Assembly (NCBI GenBank): GCA_963663765.2
Contig: CAXXUA010000004.1
Coordinates: 736,001-800,000, forward strand
Direction of reading: 5' to 3'
DNA from: Candidatus Poribacteria bacterium
GTDB taxonomy: Bacteria > Poribacteria > WGA-4E > WGA-3G
Length of the DNA: 64,000 nt
A program made the position numbers and the translations under genes. The notes below the pieces were generated by a model. The model was not told the DNA's origin. It searched no databases and was given only the letters and a program-made list of their open reading frames with translations. Shown in pieces: positions 30,306 through 41,231 of this stretch (the stretch's first letter is position 1; each line of letters begins with the position of its first letter).

Positions 30306-31566
30306 CTCCCTTATTTTGTTCCTGTGTAATTACATCTGCATGAGTTGATTTAAGTACATCTCCTCTTTTTAAGTCAAATGTTTTTTCGACTATTTTCACG
30401 ATAGAAAGACGGTCATTACGGATTTCAACAACAGCGACAGTAGCGATTTTCTTTTTAACATAATCAAGTATATCACCAGTGTCAACATCTCGAATGGGTT
30501 GAGCATCTGTGTAGACATCAAACTTTTGGTCAATTGCTAAACCCCTTGCTGAACCAGCATTTATGTATATCATATCAGGATTTTCGCTATCAACATAGGT
30601 GATTTTGATGGGTCGTTTTATAGCTTCTTCATCAACTTTCATTTCTTGGTCACCATTTTCAGTAGGTTCATCCCAAGGTGTGATAAAGTTTGGTCCGTAG
30701 TTGTCCCTGAGTGCAAGCACAACCTTGATGAGAGCTTCATTTGTGACCATCCCAAGGAGGGTTCTATCATATTCAGGAGATGCGAATCTGATTTTATTCA
30801 GTTCTGTTGGTTTTGCAATTGGACGAACATTTGTACCTTTTTTCTCAGAAGTCATACCGAACCGTAGGTCTGTTCCAGCTTCTGTGACCGAGGCTTGTAA
30901 TCCTGATACTTGTGTACCAGCAAGACTGTGATAGCGAGTTTCTGAAATGGGTACTGTAGTTACTTCACTTCCTGATGCTTCATAGAATTTCACATTTAGT
31001 TTGACGAATGCCTTGTATCTATATGCTAATGCAGCGAAACCTGTCATATAACTTGCTGAAATAGGTGCGGAGGTGGATTCTCTCCCGCTCTCAGTCAAAC
31101 TTCGTGAAGCGTTGGCTCTCATGCGCGACTGATTGAATTTTTGAATTTCACCGAGAACGATAGCGTCAGCTTTGAGAAGTTTTGCGATTTTGGCGCGTTG
31201 TTCTTTATTTAGTTTTTTGAGATCATGTCGAGATAATGACATTTGTGCCATTGCATCCAGTAGTTCATCCCGTGATATGGGTTGGTATACGGTTGTTTCT
31301 GCAAGCTTGCGATTTAAGATTGTTGCGAATCCAGATTCTAAATCCCATTTTTTCTTTGTTCCAAAAATTCTCCCAATGAAGTTTGGTATACATCCACACC
31401 CCGTTGATGAATCAAATCGACTATTGTCTTCAAAGTATAGGACTGCTATTCGTTTTGTGGATGGATGAGTATTTGGTTGTGTTGTGGTCTTGCTATATGC
31501 CTCATGTCCGAATAGCAGGCACGTGCTAAATACTATCAATAGTATTGAAAGAAATAATCGTTTCAT
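30283..31566 (-). CDS. CsgG/FlgT-like secreted protein
   Basis: KRIAVLYFED..., ADAIVLGEI, C-terminal IYINAGSARGL...DTGDILD. Confidence 0.6.
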   Translation of the reverse strand: MKRLFLSILLIVFSTCLLFGHEAYSKTTTQPNTHPSTKRIAVLYFEDNSRFDSSTGCGCIPNFIGRIFGTKKKWDLESGFATILNRKLAETTVYQPISRDELLDAMAQMSLSRHDLKKLNKEQRAKIAKLLKADAIVLGEIQKFNQSRMRANASRSLTESGRESTSAPISASYMTGFAALAYRYKAFVKLNVKFYEASGSEVTTVPISETRYHSLAGTQVSGLQASVTEAGTDLRFGMTSEKKGTNVRPIAKPTELNKIRFASPEYDRTLLGMVTNEALIKVVLALRDNYGPNFITPWDEPTENGDQEMKVDEEAIKRPIKITYVDSENPDMIYINAGSARGLAIDQKFDVYTDAQPIRDVDTGDILDYVKKKIATVAVVEIRNDRLSIVKIVEKTFDLKRGDVLKSTHADVITQEQNKGDDNSEIQ

Positions 31567-31728
31567 TTCAGTTTACCTCATTGTTCGATATTTGAATTTT
31601 TGCATGTACCCGGAAGATTCTATGGTTAATTGAGAATAATAATGTTTGTGCTGTAAATCTAACATATAGAGGTGTTTCATCATTTTACTAATATAACAGC
31701 ATTAACAACTTATATCAAGTTAAATCAG

Positions 31729-32060
31729 CAGGGCTATTCAGTTTTAAGAATCTATCGTTATTCCAGTTAACTTTGGGTTAAGATAAGTGAATATATAGGG
31801 ATTATTGTTGTATTCTTTATTAACGTCTAAACCAGGATTTTCAAGATTAGTAGATTATCAAGATATTTCTCATCAGATCCTATTCCAAAAGAGGCCATAA
31901 ACACATATCAAAAACCCTTGACAAGGTAAATCCTGAAAATCTGGTAATCCTGAAAATCCTGGTTCAGAAAAAGAATGGGTTAACTCCCAAAAATAAGCTA
32001 ACTCAAGGATTAACAACTGTGATAGAATTTACTCGATAAATTGAAAACTGAATAACTCTA
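31729..32060. mobile_element. CAGGG-ended MITE with internal CAGGATTTTC/GAAAATCCTG palindrome
   Basis: Ends CAGGGCTATTCAGTTTT / AAAACTGAATAACTCT. Confidence 0.55.
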
Positions 32061-32125
32061 CCATTGGTTTGAAATGAGATGTTTCAATTGTTAGGATATG
32101 ATACGATATAGATAAAAAATATGTT

Positions 32126-33238
32126 TTGAGAAGGACTATGCTAATGAATCCTGTAAGAATAGGAGTTATCGGATGTGGTGCAGTTGCACAGGTTCAGCAT
32201 TTGCCTAACCTGATTCATCTACACCGTGAGTTTGAAGTGCCAATTGTATGTGATCTTTCACTGGGTGCTGCACAAGCCGCAGCAAAGAGATTCCATATTC
32301 CACATTTTGTCACAGATTACAAAGAGGTATTGGAAACCGATATTGATGCTGTGTTGCTGTGTCATGCTGATCCTAAGACTGAAGTTGCAGTTGCTGCTTT
32401 TGAAGCAGGTAAGCATGTATTTATTGAGAAACCTGTTTGTTTTTCACTACAAGAGATTGATTTGATACTCACAGCACAAAAGCAAACGGGCAATGTTGGA
32501 CAAGCAGGATATATGAAGGTGTTTGATCCAGCATTTCAATTTGCAAAGCGAGAGGTTGAACAGATGAACGACTATCGGTTTGTTCAGGTTAACCACTTGC
32601 ATCCGAATAATAGGTTACATCTTAGTCAATTTGATGTGGAACGATTTGATGATGTTTCATCAGAACAATTACTACCTTTACAAACTGCGCGTGCCACAGC
32701 GCGTATGCAAGCAATAGGTGCCGTGTCTGATGCGGTATCTCGTGCATTCTTTCTGCTTTCCGGGAGCATGATACACGACATCTACGGTTTACGTGTTATG
32801 CTTGGACTACCGAGTGAGGTTATCAATGCTGATGTCTGGGCGGAAGGTGGTGGTGTGAACATTGTACTTGGGTATCCAAATGGTGCGCGTTGTGTTGCGA
32901 CTTGGGTTGATTTACCGGAACTCTGGGACTTTAAGGAAACTTTGGAGATATATGGTAGCAGTAAACGCGTGCAGGTTTCGTATCCCTCAGGCTTTTCACG
33001 TGGAATTCTATCTGAGGTGACAATTCAAGGTATAGATGCAAATGGGACTACCTACACTAAAACACCTGCGATTGATTGGGAAAGTGCTTTTGTCCGAGAA
33101 CTACGACACTTCTATTCTTGTATTATGACGGGGGAAACTTGTATGACACCTATTGAATCCGCACGGGATGATATTCAACTCATTATTGATATTGTGGAAT
33201 GTTATAAGAATAGAACTCCTATTATGGTGAATAATTGA
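32126..33238 (+). CDS. Gfo/Idh/MocA family oxidoreductase
   Basis: IGVIGCG, AGKHVFIEKP; true start probably 32138 or 32144. Confidence 0.9.
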   Translation: MRRTMLMNPVRIGVIGCGAVAQVQHLPNLIHLHREFEVPIVCDLSLGAAQAAAKRFHIPHFVTDYKEVLETDIDAVLLCHADPKTEVAVAAFEAGKHVFIEKPVCFSLQEIDLILTAQKQTGNVGQAGYMKVFDPAFQFAKREVEQMNDYRFVQVNHLHPNNRLHLSQFDVERFDDVSSEQLLPLQTARATARMQAIGAVSDAVSRAFFLLSGSMIHDIYGLRVMLGLPSEVINADVWAEGGGVNIVLGYPNGARCVATWVDLPELWDFKETLEIYGSSKRVQVSYPSGFSRGILSEVTIQGIDANGTTYTKTPAIDWESAFVRELRHFYSCIMTGETCMTPIESARDDIQLIIDIVECYKNRTPIMVNN

Positions 33239-33255
33239 AATATAGTAGACTATAG

Positions 33256-33412
33256 CAGGACTTACGCACCCAACGGTAGGCGCGCTTTGTAGGCGGGGAA
33301 TGCCAAAAGGCATTCATACCGTTGATTTGGCGCTGGAAACCGAAAAAATGCTGAAAATTACACCATTTTCGTCATAATTCTTCATCAAATCATGAAAACT
33401 GCGTAAGTGCGG
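33256..33412. mobile_element. IS701-derived MITE carrying a 35-bp insert (157 bp)
   Basis: Duplication TATAG; sits in the left end of a TATAGT...ACTATA element (33241-33560). Confidence 0.85.
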
Positions 33413-33587
33413 TATAGAATTAATTGGACATTCTGTTAGGTTCGGTTAGGAAACCAAACCAACCGAGGGTGTTGAAACACTAACTGTTAGTTGTCTCCGT
33501 ATCTGCACAAACTAACAGTTAGTGCTACAAAATATCCTATTAATTATATGCTTTACTATATACTATATATAGCTTCTAAATGAAATT

Positions 33588-33833
33588 CAGGACTTACGCA
33601 GTTTTCATGATTAAGAGAAGAATAATGACGAAATTGTCAGTATTTTTCGGTTTTAAGCGCGCTTACATGAAGATTAATTTAATAATTCGGTAATAGATAT
33701 TTCTCACACGGTAGGCGGGGAATGCCTTAATGGCATTCATACCGTTGATTTGGTGCTTTGTAAGCGCGCTGTTTGGTCTTGATGTGCCAGCCGCGCTTAC
33801 AAAGCGCACCTACCGTTGTATGCGTAAGTCCTG
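33588..33833. mobile_element. IS701-derived composite MITE
   Basis: Same TIRs, flanked by TGAAATT direct repeat, with nested inserts. Confidence 0.75.
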
Positions 33834-33838
33834 TGAAA

Positions 33839-35932
33839 TTATTCTTCAGCTGTTTCAGTATCAACTTCAACATCTGCAGGAAGAACTTCTAATTCGATTT
33901 CTGTATCACCCGTCACGATGAAGCGATTGATGATCAATGCTGTCCCTGTAATAGGTATCGGACGTGGTGTTGGATCCATTTCTTCCATCATTTCTTCTTC
34001 GTCAACGATGTCAATTACTTCACCATTTTCAGGAGGAGTTTCACCGTTATCAGGAGGAGTTTCACCGTTATCAGGAGGAGTTTCACCGTTATCAGGAGGA
34101 GTTTCACCATCCCCTGGAGTTTCGCCGTCATCTGGAGGCATAACACCATCACCTGGTGGCATTCCTCCCCCAGCGATTCCCTCAAATATCGCTTCAAAGA
34201 ATTGTTCAAAGAAATCTTCAAATAATCCTTCTATAGAGTCCATACCAAGTCCAGGTTCTTCCTCCTCTAAAGTAGCGAGGGTTGCGAGAACCAATCCTCT
34301 ATCATATTGGAGATCCTTTAGTTGACCGATGAGTTGATCCAAATTCTCTGGAGACTGAGCAAATGGACTTCCAAAAGGATTGAATCCATAATCCGTGGCT
34401 GCAGCCATAGATAGACTTGCTTTTCCAGTTTGGAAGTTTTCAGGTATATATAGTTTCACTTCTCTGTACATATTCCGGCTTTGTCCTGCAGCACTCCAGT
34501 GCGGTAGTGTTTCGAGGACGAAAGTTGCAACTTCACCTTGTTTGACTTCCCCGATGACGTGGATGTCTTTTATTTCTGTATGCAGGATATATGGAAGGTC
34601 AGCAATATAGATGTTGACTTCATCTATGGTTGCTCTACCAGCACCATTTGCGAGTATGTTTGTAAAAGACCCGATAATTCTACTCATTCTTGCCAATACA
34701 GTTTCATAGGGATCAGGTGTAATTGAACGGAAAGACTCAGTATAGACTTCATCAGTCTCCTTGAAACTGATTTCCACATGTGCTTCAAGAGTTCCGGTAC
34801 TAACTTCACTACGTATTGCGTCTAATGACGTGGCAGCAACAATAGGTATTGCCAATTCTTCCTGACCATAAGCAACTTTGTGTTTTGTTTCAATTGGCAG
34901 TTGACTATTTACTGGATGATATGCGACATTAACGTCAATCATTGAGGGTAATTTACCCAATTCACCAACAATTCCTGCTCTTAGGTCTTTTGTAATTGTT
35001 CCTATTGGATTACCATAAGCGGAAGCAGATTTATATGCGATTCTTGTATTAGGAACAATTCCATCAACAACAGCTCTGTAGGTGGGCATAGATGCCTGAC
35101 CTCCAAGGAACATGTCGTGGCCGAATGCGACGAATTTATCGTCGTAGACTTGTGTTACAGTTCCAAAACCCCCGATGTTAACAATATCACCCGTAGCAGC
35201 AAACACACCGATCATGTCACCAGCGGTTAGGTTTTTTGAAGCGTTTGCGGGTGGTGCACCGGGTGCTCCGCCGATGCGTGCGTAGAATTCAACATTATTG
35301 TATTGTGTGCCTTGAAGGTGTGATGACAGTTGTCCTAATCTATTGGCATCAACACCAGTAATTGTAACCGGTGTTTTTATAGAAGTGAATGTTGAGTTGA
35401 TGGCAGCTCCGGGTGCGCCAGGTGGGTTCAAGAACTCACCGAAGGTTACATGTTCTAATGTTGCTTCCATTGCATCGATGGGGGTAACCCAGAACCGGTG
35501 TGGTGCTGCTGCCCAATAATCACCATAAGACAGTGCACCGAAGACTTTGCCTTTTATTCCGACTGGACTTCCGGACATACCTTGTGCAAGTCCACCCATC
35601 GCTGTTATAGCTTCATCTGTCAGGACACATTCATAAAGTGGGAATCCATAACCAGAGGGTTGGACTCTTCGGAATTCTGCTTCAAATATTACCTTGCTTG
35701 TGCCCTCAATTGCCGTAATAACTTCAACTGGAGTTTTTGTTGCAAGTCTGCGAACTTCATCTTCATACATACTTTCGAGTGTTACTTCACCAACCAATGG
35801 TGCAGCGTTAAACTCATCTGTAACATCAACAATTGCTGGATTTTCAATTTGTGCTTGTTCTTCATCAGGTGAACAACCTAACTGACCTAAAACCAAAATT
35901 GCAAATGCTACTAAAACAAAAAAACGTTTCAC
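33839..35932 (-). CDS. SpoIVB (peptidase S55)-like lipoprotein with acidic Pro-rich repeats
   Basis: AQGMSGSPV, FVAFGH, TKDLRAGI; (PPDNGET)n repeats. Confidence 0.8.
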   Translation of the reverse strand: MKRFFVLVAFAILVLGQLGCSPDEEQAQIENPAIVDVTDEFNAAPLVGEVTLESMYEDEVRRLATKTPVEVITAIEGTSKVIFEAEFRRVQPSGYGFPLYECVLTDEAITAMGGLAQGMSGSPVGIKGKVFGALSYGDYWAAAPHRFWVTPIDAMEATLEHVTFGEFLNPPGAPGAAINSTFTSIKTPVTITGVDANRLGQLSSHLQGTQYNNVEFYARIGGAPGAPPANASKNLTAGDMIGVFAATGDIVNIGGFGTVTQVYDDKFVAFGHDMFLGGQASMPTYRAVVDGIVPNTRIAYKSASAYGNPIGTITKDLRAGIVGELGKLPSMIDVNVAYHPVNSQLPIETKHKVAYGQEELAIPIVAATSLDAIRSEVSTGTLEAHVEISFKETDEVYTESFRSITPDPYETVLARMSRIIGSFTNILANGAGRATIDEVNIYIADLPYILHTEIKDIHVIGEVKQGEVATFVLETLPHWSAAGQSRNMYREVKLYIPENFQTGKASLSMAAATDYGFNPFGSPFAQSPENLDQLIGQLKDLQYDRGLVLATLATLEEEEPGLGMDSIEGLFEDFFEQFFEAIFEGIAGGGMPPGDGVMPPDDGETPGDGETPPDNGETPPDNGETPPDNGETPPENGEVIDIVDEEEMMEEMDPTPRPIPITGTALIINRFIVTGDTEIELEVLPADVEVDTETAEE
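34030..34120 (-). repeat. 21-bp coding tandem repeat (PPDNGET)
   Basis: TCAGGAGGAGTTTCACCGTTA repeated about 4 times. Confidence 0.85.
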
Positions 35933-36343
35933 TAATTTACTCCTAACTTAGTTTTAATTCTAAATCATTTAATTTAGAAAAATTAATTATATTAGCAGTC
36001 TACCAGAAAACTGAATTAGTTTAATAATAATGTTTTTAGTAGACATATAACAGTAGTTTAATGTCTATATATGGTAGATTTTGGAAATAAATACACATTC
36101 AGCATAGGCAGTATAAGCGTGAGGCATTCTGATTCTGCATTGGTTAGGAAACCTCACTAACCTTATGTCAATAGTGTTAACCGATTTCCAACATTCACCA
36201 TAAATGAGACATTAGTTTAAATAAAATAACGGGAATATATTGAAAGACTTTACCTAACTATTACTAACTATACTTGAGAATTATACCTTATAGATTAAGG
36301 TAATGCAATAAAATATACACAACAATTCATGAGTAGTATTTTC

Positions 36344-37108
36344 TTACCATGCAACCCAACCTCCATCAACAGCAATGGTTTGGCCGGTAACCCAATTTGC
36401 TGCGTCAGAAGCTAAGAATAGCACTGCTCCAACTACTTCGTCTACTTCCCCAACACGTCCCATAGGTATCCGTCGAACGACGTCTTCATAGAATTCTTTT
36501 CGTTGTAGTAGGACATCTGCAAGTGGTGTTCGTGTGAAAGCGGGTGCGACAGCGTTGACGGTAACATTGTGTGGTGCCCATTCAACTGCGAGTCCTTTGG
36601 TGAGAAGTACGACACCCCCCTTACTACCGGAATACGCTGTACGTAGTGGTCCACCAACTAAGCCCATTGTTGATGAAATATTTATAATCTTTCCACTTTC
36701 GCGTTCAATCATAGGTTTGACAAGTTTTTGTGTGAGAAAGAATAGTCCTTTGAGATTGAGATCGTAGATTGCGTCCCAATCTTCTTCAGTAAGGTCTAAA
36801 GCGGGTTTTGGTCGATTGGTACCAGCATTATTGACGAGGACATCAACGCGTCCCCATACATCCAAAGCTGCTTTTGCGCCGTCCTGTACTGATTTCATAT
36901 CACTCACATCAAACACCACAGGTTGTGCTTCTCCGCCATTTTCACGTATCTCTTCAGCGACTTCATCAAGGTCTGATTTTGTGCGGCTGTTAAGAATTAC
37001 TTTAGCCCCCATCTGTGATGCTGCTAATGCAATACCTTTTCCTATTCCTTTACCAGAACCGGTAATCAACATTACTTTTTCGTTCAATTCAAATCCTGGA
37101 AATGCCAT
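36344..37108 (-). CDS. SDR family oxidoreductase
   Basis: TGSGKGIG, NNAG, YSGSK. Confidence 0.9.
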   Translation of the reverse strand: MAFPGFELNEKVMLITGSGKGIGKGIALAASQMGAKVILNSRTKSDLDEVAEEIRENGGEAQPVVFDVSDMKSVQDGAKAALDVWGRVDVLVNNAGTNRPKPALDLTEEDWDAIYDLNLKGLFFLTQKLVKPMIERESGKIINISSTMGLVGGPLRTAYSGSKGGVVLLTKGLAVEWAPHNVTVNAVAPAFTRTPLADVLLQRKEFYEDVVRRIPMGRVGEVDEVVGAVLFLASDAANWVTGQTIAVDGGWVAW

Positions 37109-37263
37109 TTAGTTCCTCCTTCAATTTACAGTGTCTCTCTAAATCATTTGTGGGGTAAGGTTTCTGTACCTCTCCAGGTCTTGGGAACAGAAACAATGGG
37201 TAGGTACAGAGACCCATCCCTACGTAGAAGTTAGAATATCAGAAATGAACCGTTTTTAATGAT

Positions 37264-38142
37264 TTATGAGATAGGTTGTAGTTTTTTGCATTCATAAAGT
37301 TCAGAATCTGTGTAATTACATGCTAATTTTAGAGTGTTTTCCAATAACATAGCTCTTGTCAGTGGACCAACTCCTCCTGGAACAGGTGTAAGATATCCTG
37401 CTATTCCTTTGACCTTTTCAAATTTGACATCGCCGACAAGTCGATCCTCAACTTTGTTTATACCAACATCTATGACGGTAGCTCCTGGTTTTACCATGTC
37501 CGCTGTAATGAACTCTGGTTTTCCGATTGCAGCAACAAGGATATCAGCTTGCTTCGTAATCTCTGCGAGATATTTTGTGCGTGAATGACAGTAGGTTACT
37601 GTTGCGTTACGATTTAGCAGCATCACACCTACGGGTTTTCCCACAAGATGACTTCTACCAACACAAACAGCATGTTTTCCTTCAATTGGTTCTCCAGTGA
37701 GTTCAATAAGTCGTATAATACCCGTTGGTGTGCAGGGAGTAATTCCCTCTCTGTTTATGAATAGGTTTGCTAAGTTTAGGGGAGTTAATCCATCAGCGTC
37801 CTTGTCTGGTGAGATTGTATCTATTATTTCTTGTTCATCAATAGTAATTGGCAGCGGCATTTGCACCAAAATACCGTGAATATCTTGGCGATCATTTAAT
37901 TCCTTTACCATTTCAATCAGTGATTTTTGTGTTATATCGGCGGGCAGTTTTTGGACTTCAGAATGAAAATGTACTTTTTGGCAATCGCGTTGTTTGTGTT
38001 TAATGTAGAGAGTTGAGGCAGGATCGTTGCCAACTTGGATGACAGCGAGTCCAGGAATAATGTTTAGTTTTTTGAGTTTTTGACGGATTTGACTACGGAT
38101 TCGTTGTGCAAGACAAGTTCCGCTTAGAATTTCGGAAGACAA
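37264..38142 (-). CDS. folD: Bifunctional methylenetetrahydrofolate dehydrogenase/cyclohydrolase
   Basis: HGILVQMPLP, KDADG, PCTP, GRSHLVGKP, TPVPGGVGP. Confidence 0.95.
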   Translation of the reverse strand: MSSEILSGTCLAQRIRSQIRQKLKKLNIIPGLAVIQVGNDPASTLYIKHKQRDCQKVHFHSEVQKLPADITQKSLIEMVKELNDRQDIHGILVQMPLPITIDEQEIIDTISPDKDADGLTPLNLANLFINREGITPCTPTGIIRLIELTGEPIEGKHAVCVGRSHLVGKPVGVMLLNRNATVTYCHSRTKYLAEITKQADILVAAIGKPEFITADMVKPGATVIDVGINKVEDRLVGDVKFEKVKGIAGYLTPVPGGVGPLTRAMLLENTLKLACNYTDSELYECKKLQPIS

Positions 38143-38333
38143 TTCGGTTTCCCCAAAAAAGATGGTGTATTTACATTATATATCTAATTGAGGTTTTTGC
38201 GCAAGAATAAAGTTCAGGTATTAATTACAGCGAATCTCATAAATGCAATTTTGTTCAAATTCACAGGATCGCGTGTCTGGTAAATCGGGGTTAGAAACTC
38301 CTCCTACCATTTATGAGATAGGTTGTATTTACA

Positions 38334-40307
38334 CTAATCGGTTTTTAATCGTTTTAGTCGTTCTTGTATAAAGGTTAGAACGGTTTCTTGGCTTTGAAAT
38401 CCGAGTGTTCCAGCTTCATCAATAGCAATTTGCATTTGAATAGGATTATCTGTTAGCATTTTTTCAGCATTTTTGTAATATTCTTCAGCTTTTTTCTTTT
38501 CACTGTTTTCTTGATGCAAAACTGCTAAATAGATATATGCTGCAGCAAGGCGTGGGGAAACAGTCCGGGTTCTGATAAACTCCTCAAATGCGTAACGTGC
38601 ATCAGCAAAACGTTGATCTTCAAAATGGACTCTTCCAATGCGAAATTGTGCTCTATCTGCGTAACTATCCTTATATCCACCTGTCAGATAGAGTTCTCGT
38701 TCTGGATAAGCGATAGTTGTATGGTAAGCTTTCACTGCTTCATCGTATCGTTGTAGTTTTCTATAGATTTCACCTACTTGGAATGTTGCCATCATGGCTT
38801 GCAGCGTATTTGGATGCTGTGAAGTGATTGCGTTGAATGTTTGTAGCGCAGAATTAGGCTTTTCAAGTATTTCCGTATTTATGATACCTATGCGGTAGAG
38901 TGCTTCAGCAGCATACGGGGAAGTGGAATATGCTTGTATTACATCATTATATAGTTCAACAGCCTTTGCATAGTCAAGTAATTCGCGCTCATAGATAGTA
39001 GCGATTTGAAGTTGTGTTCTGACTTTTACATTTGTATCTACAGCATTGTTCTGTATTTGTGAAAGTAGGTTCTGTATCATTGCGAGGTGTTTTAGTGAAT
39101 ATAGTTGAACGTCAACTTTTTTAGCAAATTGTGATTTCGGGTCAGTGGCTATAAGTTTTTGTGCTATGATTAATGCCTTGTCATATTGTTTTTCTTTTAC
39201 AGCATTCTCAAATTTTTCATATTCATACTTTGGAATAGTTTGTGAGAGCGAATTTATTTTTTCTTTAATCAATTCTTTTACTTCTGAAACGTTCTTGTCA
39301 TACATTGAAATCTGTCCAAGGTATACAGGATCAAGTTTCGGAAGGTAGACGTTCAGGAATATTTTGTAAGCGTTTTGTGCTTCCGTATAGTCTTGCAATT
39401 GTTCATAGCATGTACCTAACCAATAATAAACTGCATGCATATTCCAGAAGTTAGGATACTTTTCAACTATAGAATTATATTCATTGATAGCAGTTTGATA
39501 TTTCTTATCTTCGCGTTGTAGATTTGCGATATGGAATAGAGCTTCAGCGGCGAAGTTAGTGGTAGGAAAATTGTTGGCGACATTCTCATATGCTTCAACA
39601 GCCAGAACTAATTGATGAAGTACTGTGTGTCGGATGTGTGCGATTCGCCATTGTGCTTCTGGTGCTAACTTATCAGTAGGAAAATTCTCAAGTAAATCCT
39701 CATACATTTCAATAGCGCGTTCCGGTTGATTGAGTTGTGTGTGAGTCCGGTAAAGTTCTGCAATTTGAAATTGTGCGACTGCTTCTAAAGGCGTGCCTTT
39801 ATATGTGTTGACAGTATTTTTTTGTATCTCTAAGTTTTTTAGTGAGGTGCGAATATCTCGTATCTTACGTTGTCCGATCTCATATACAAAATGTGTTTCA
39901 GGTGCCATTCCAATTAGTCTTCTGAAACTATCAATAGCTTTCTGATATTCACCCATCCGACTATACACATCACCCATCTTTAGATATGCGAGCAGAATTT
40001 CAGCTATAGGGAGACCGTCAGCTCTCATACGAATAATTTTTTCATAGGTTCTTATAGCTTCAGGATATTGGTGAGTATAATTATAATACGTTTCTCCGAG
40101 TTGATGATAGAGTCTACTCCGAGTTTCAACATCTTTTGAGGATTCAGCGAGAGTTTCCAATTTTGAGACTGCTTCTGGAAACCGACGTTCCTTAATTAAA
40201 TCGTTGACTTCATTATCCTGTGCTTGCGCATTTGGGAATACCAATAGGCATAAACATAGGACAGAATATACAAAGTGGTTGAGAAAGGATGAATAATTCA
40301 TTTTCAT
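38334..40307 (-). CDS. Secreted multi-TPR protein (BamD/CpoB-like repeats)
   Basis: Signal peptide; repeated xxFPxxxxAxEAxF/YxIA motifs. Confidence 0.8.
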   Translation of the reverse strand: MKMNYSSFLNHFVYSVLCLCLLVFPNAQAQDNEVNDLIKERRFPEAVSKLETLAESSKDVETRSRLYHQLGETYYNYTHQYPEAIRTYEKIIRMRADGLPIAEILLAYLKMGDVYSRMGEYQKAIDSFRRLIGMAPETHFVYEIGQRKIRDIRTSLKNLEIQKNTVNTYKGTPLEAVAQFQIAELYRTHTQLNQPERAIEMYEDLLENFPTDKLAPEAQWRIAHIRHTVLHQLVLAVEAYENVANNFPTTNFAAEALFHIANLQREDKKYQTAINEYNSIVEKYPNFWNMHAVYYWLGTCYEQLQDYTEAQNAYKIFLNVYLPKLDPVYLGQISMYDKNVSEVKELIKEKINSLSQTIPKYEYEKFENAVKEKQYDKALIIAQKLIATDPKSQFAKKVDVQLYSLKHLAMIQNLLSQIQNNAVDTNVKVRTQLQIATIYERELLDYAKAVELYNDVIQAYSTSPYAAEALYRIGIINTEILEKPNSALQTFNAITSQHPNTLQAMMATFQVGEIYRKLQRYDEAVKAYHTTIAYPERELYLTGGYKDSYADRAQFRIGRVHFEDQRFADARYAFEEFIRTRTVSPRLAAAYIYLAVLHQENSEKKKAEEYYKNAEKMLTDNPIQMQIAIDEAGTLGFQSQETVLTFIQERLKRLKTD

Positions 40308-40344
40308 ATTTTATTGTTTTGTATTCAATCAGAGTAATATACCT

Positions 40345-40466
40345 CAGGACTTACGCACCCAACGGTAGGCGCGCTTTGTAAGCGCGCTGGAAACCGAAAA
40401 AATGCTGAATATTACACCATTTTCGTCATAATTCTTCATCAAATCATGAAAACTGCGTAAGTCCTG
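40345..40466. mobile_element. 122-bp IS701-derived MITE (no insert)
   Basis: Same TIRs, ATACCT direct repeat. Confidence 0.85.
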
Positions 40467-40591
40467 ATACCTAAATGTTCAAATAAACAATTTCTGTTGT
40501 CATGTTCGGTTTGGAAAACGCACATTTTGGGGTATATAGATTAATATCCAAGAAAAAAGCGATTATGAGATAGGTCATAGAAAATGTTGAT

Positions 40592-41209
40592 TTAGAAATC
40601 GGAGTTAACATTTTTTAGATGTTTATTTGCGATATTTGCTAAATCTGTGCCTTGTGCACGTTCTTTAACACGATTGAGTTGACTGACAGTATCCCACGAA
40701 TCAGAGTTGCGTAGATGTTTATTGCGTAGGGAATCTTCCATACTTCTTTGAATGTCTTGGCGTCGGTACTGTTCTATATGTGCGTCTGCTGTGTCAAGTC
40801 CATTTGCTACATACTCGGACTTATTTTGCAACGGATTTCCTACAAAAAACGCGATAGAAATTACTGCAGCGATGAATAAGCAAACGCTTGCCACCTTCTG
40901 CTGCTGCAAAATGAACATGAACCTTGAAAAATAGTCTGTGAACCGAGACAACAGTGAAGGATTTTCTACTGGTACTTCAGCAAGTTTTCTGTAGAGACGC
41001 ATTTCAAGGTTGTGAGGTGCGATAGGATGCGGTATAAAATCCCCCTCAGCTGCGTCAACAAGGTGAAGCACACGTTCAAAGTCTTTTACCTTACTGGTGC
41101 AAGAATTGCACATGGTTAAATGGTTTTCAAAATTAGGTACCAAAGCGGAATCTAATTCACCATAGGCATAATCAATCGCTTGTGCTTCAAATTTCTTACA
41201 TTTAGGCAT
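40592..41209 (-). CDS. Zinc-binding anti-sigma factor (zf-HC2)
   Basis: HLTMCNSC (HxxxCxxC) plus TM helix, downstream of an ECF sigma. Confidence 0.85.
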   Translation of the reverse strand: MPKCKKFEAQAIDYAYGELDSALVPNFENHLTMCNSCTSKVKDFERVLHLVDAAEGDFIPHPIAPHNLEMRLYRKLAEVPVENPSLLSRFTDYFSRFMFILQQQKVASVCLFIAAVISIAFFVGNPLQNKSEYVANGLDTADAHIEQYRRQDIQRSMEDSLRNKHLRNSDSWDTVSQLNRVKERAQGTDLANIANKHLKNVNSDF

Positions 41210-41231
41210 GGACTTCCTCCTATATTACGTT

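Noticed and set aside
33918-34325. 135-aa GGVSPLS-repeat ORF
   Set aside because: Antisense shadow of the PPDNGET repeat in the S55 gene
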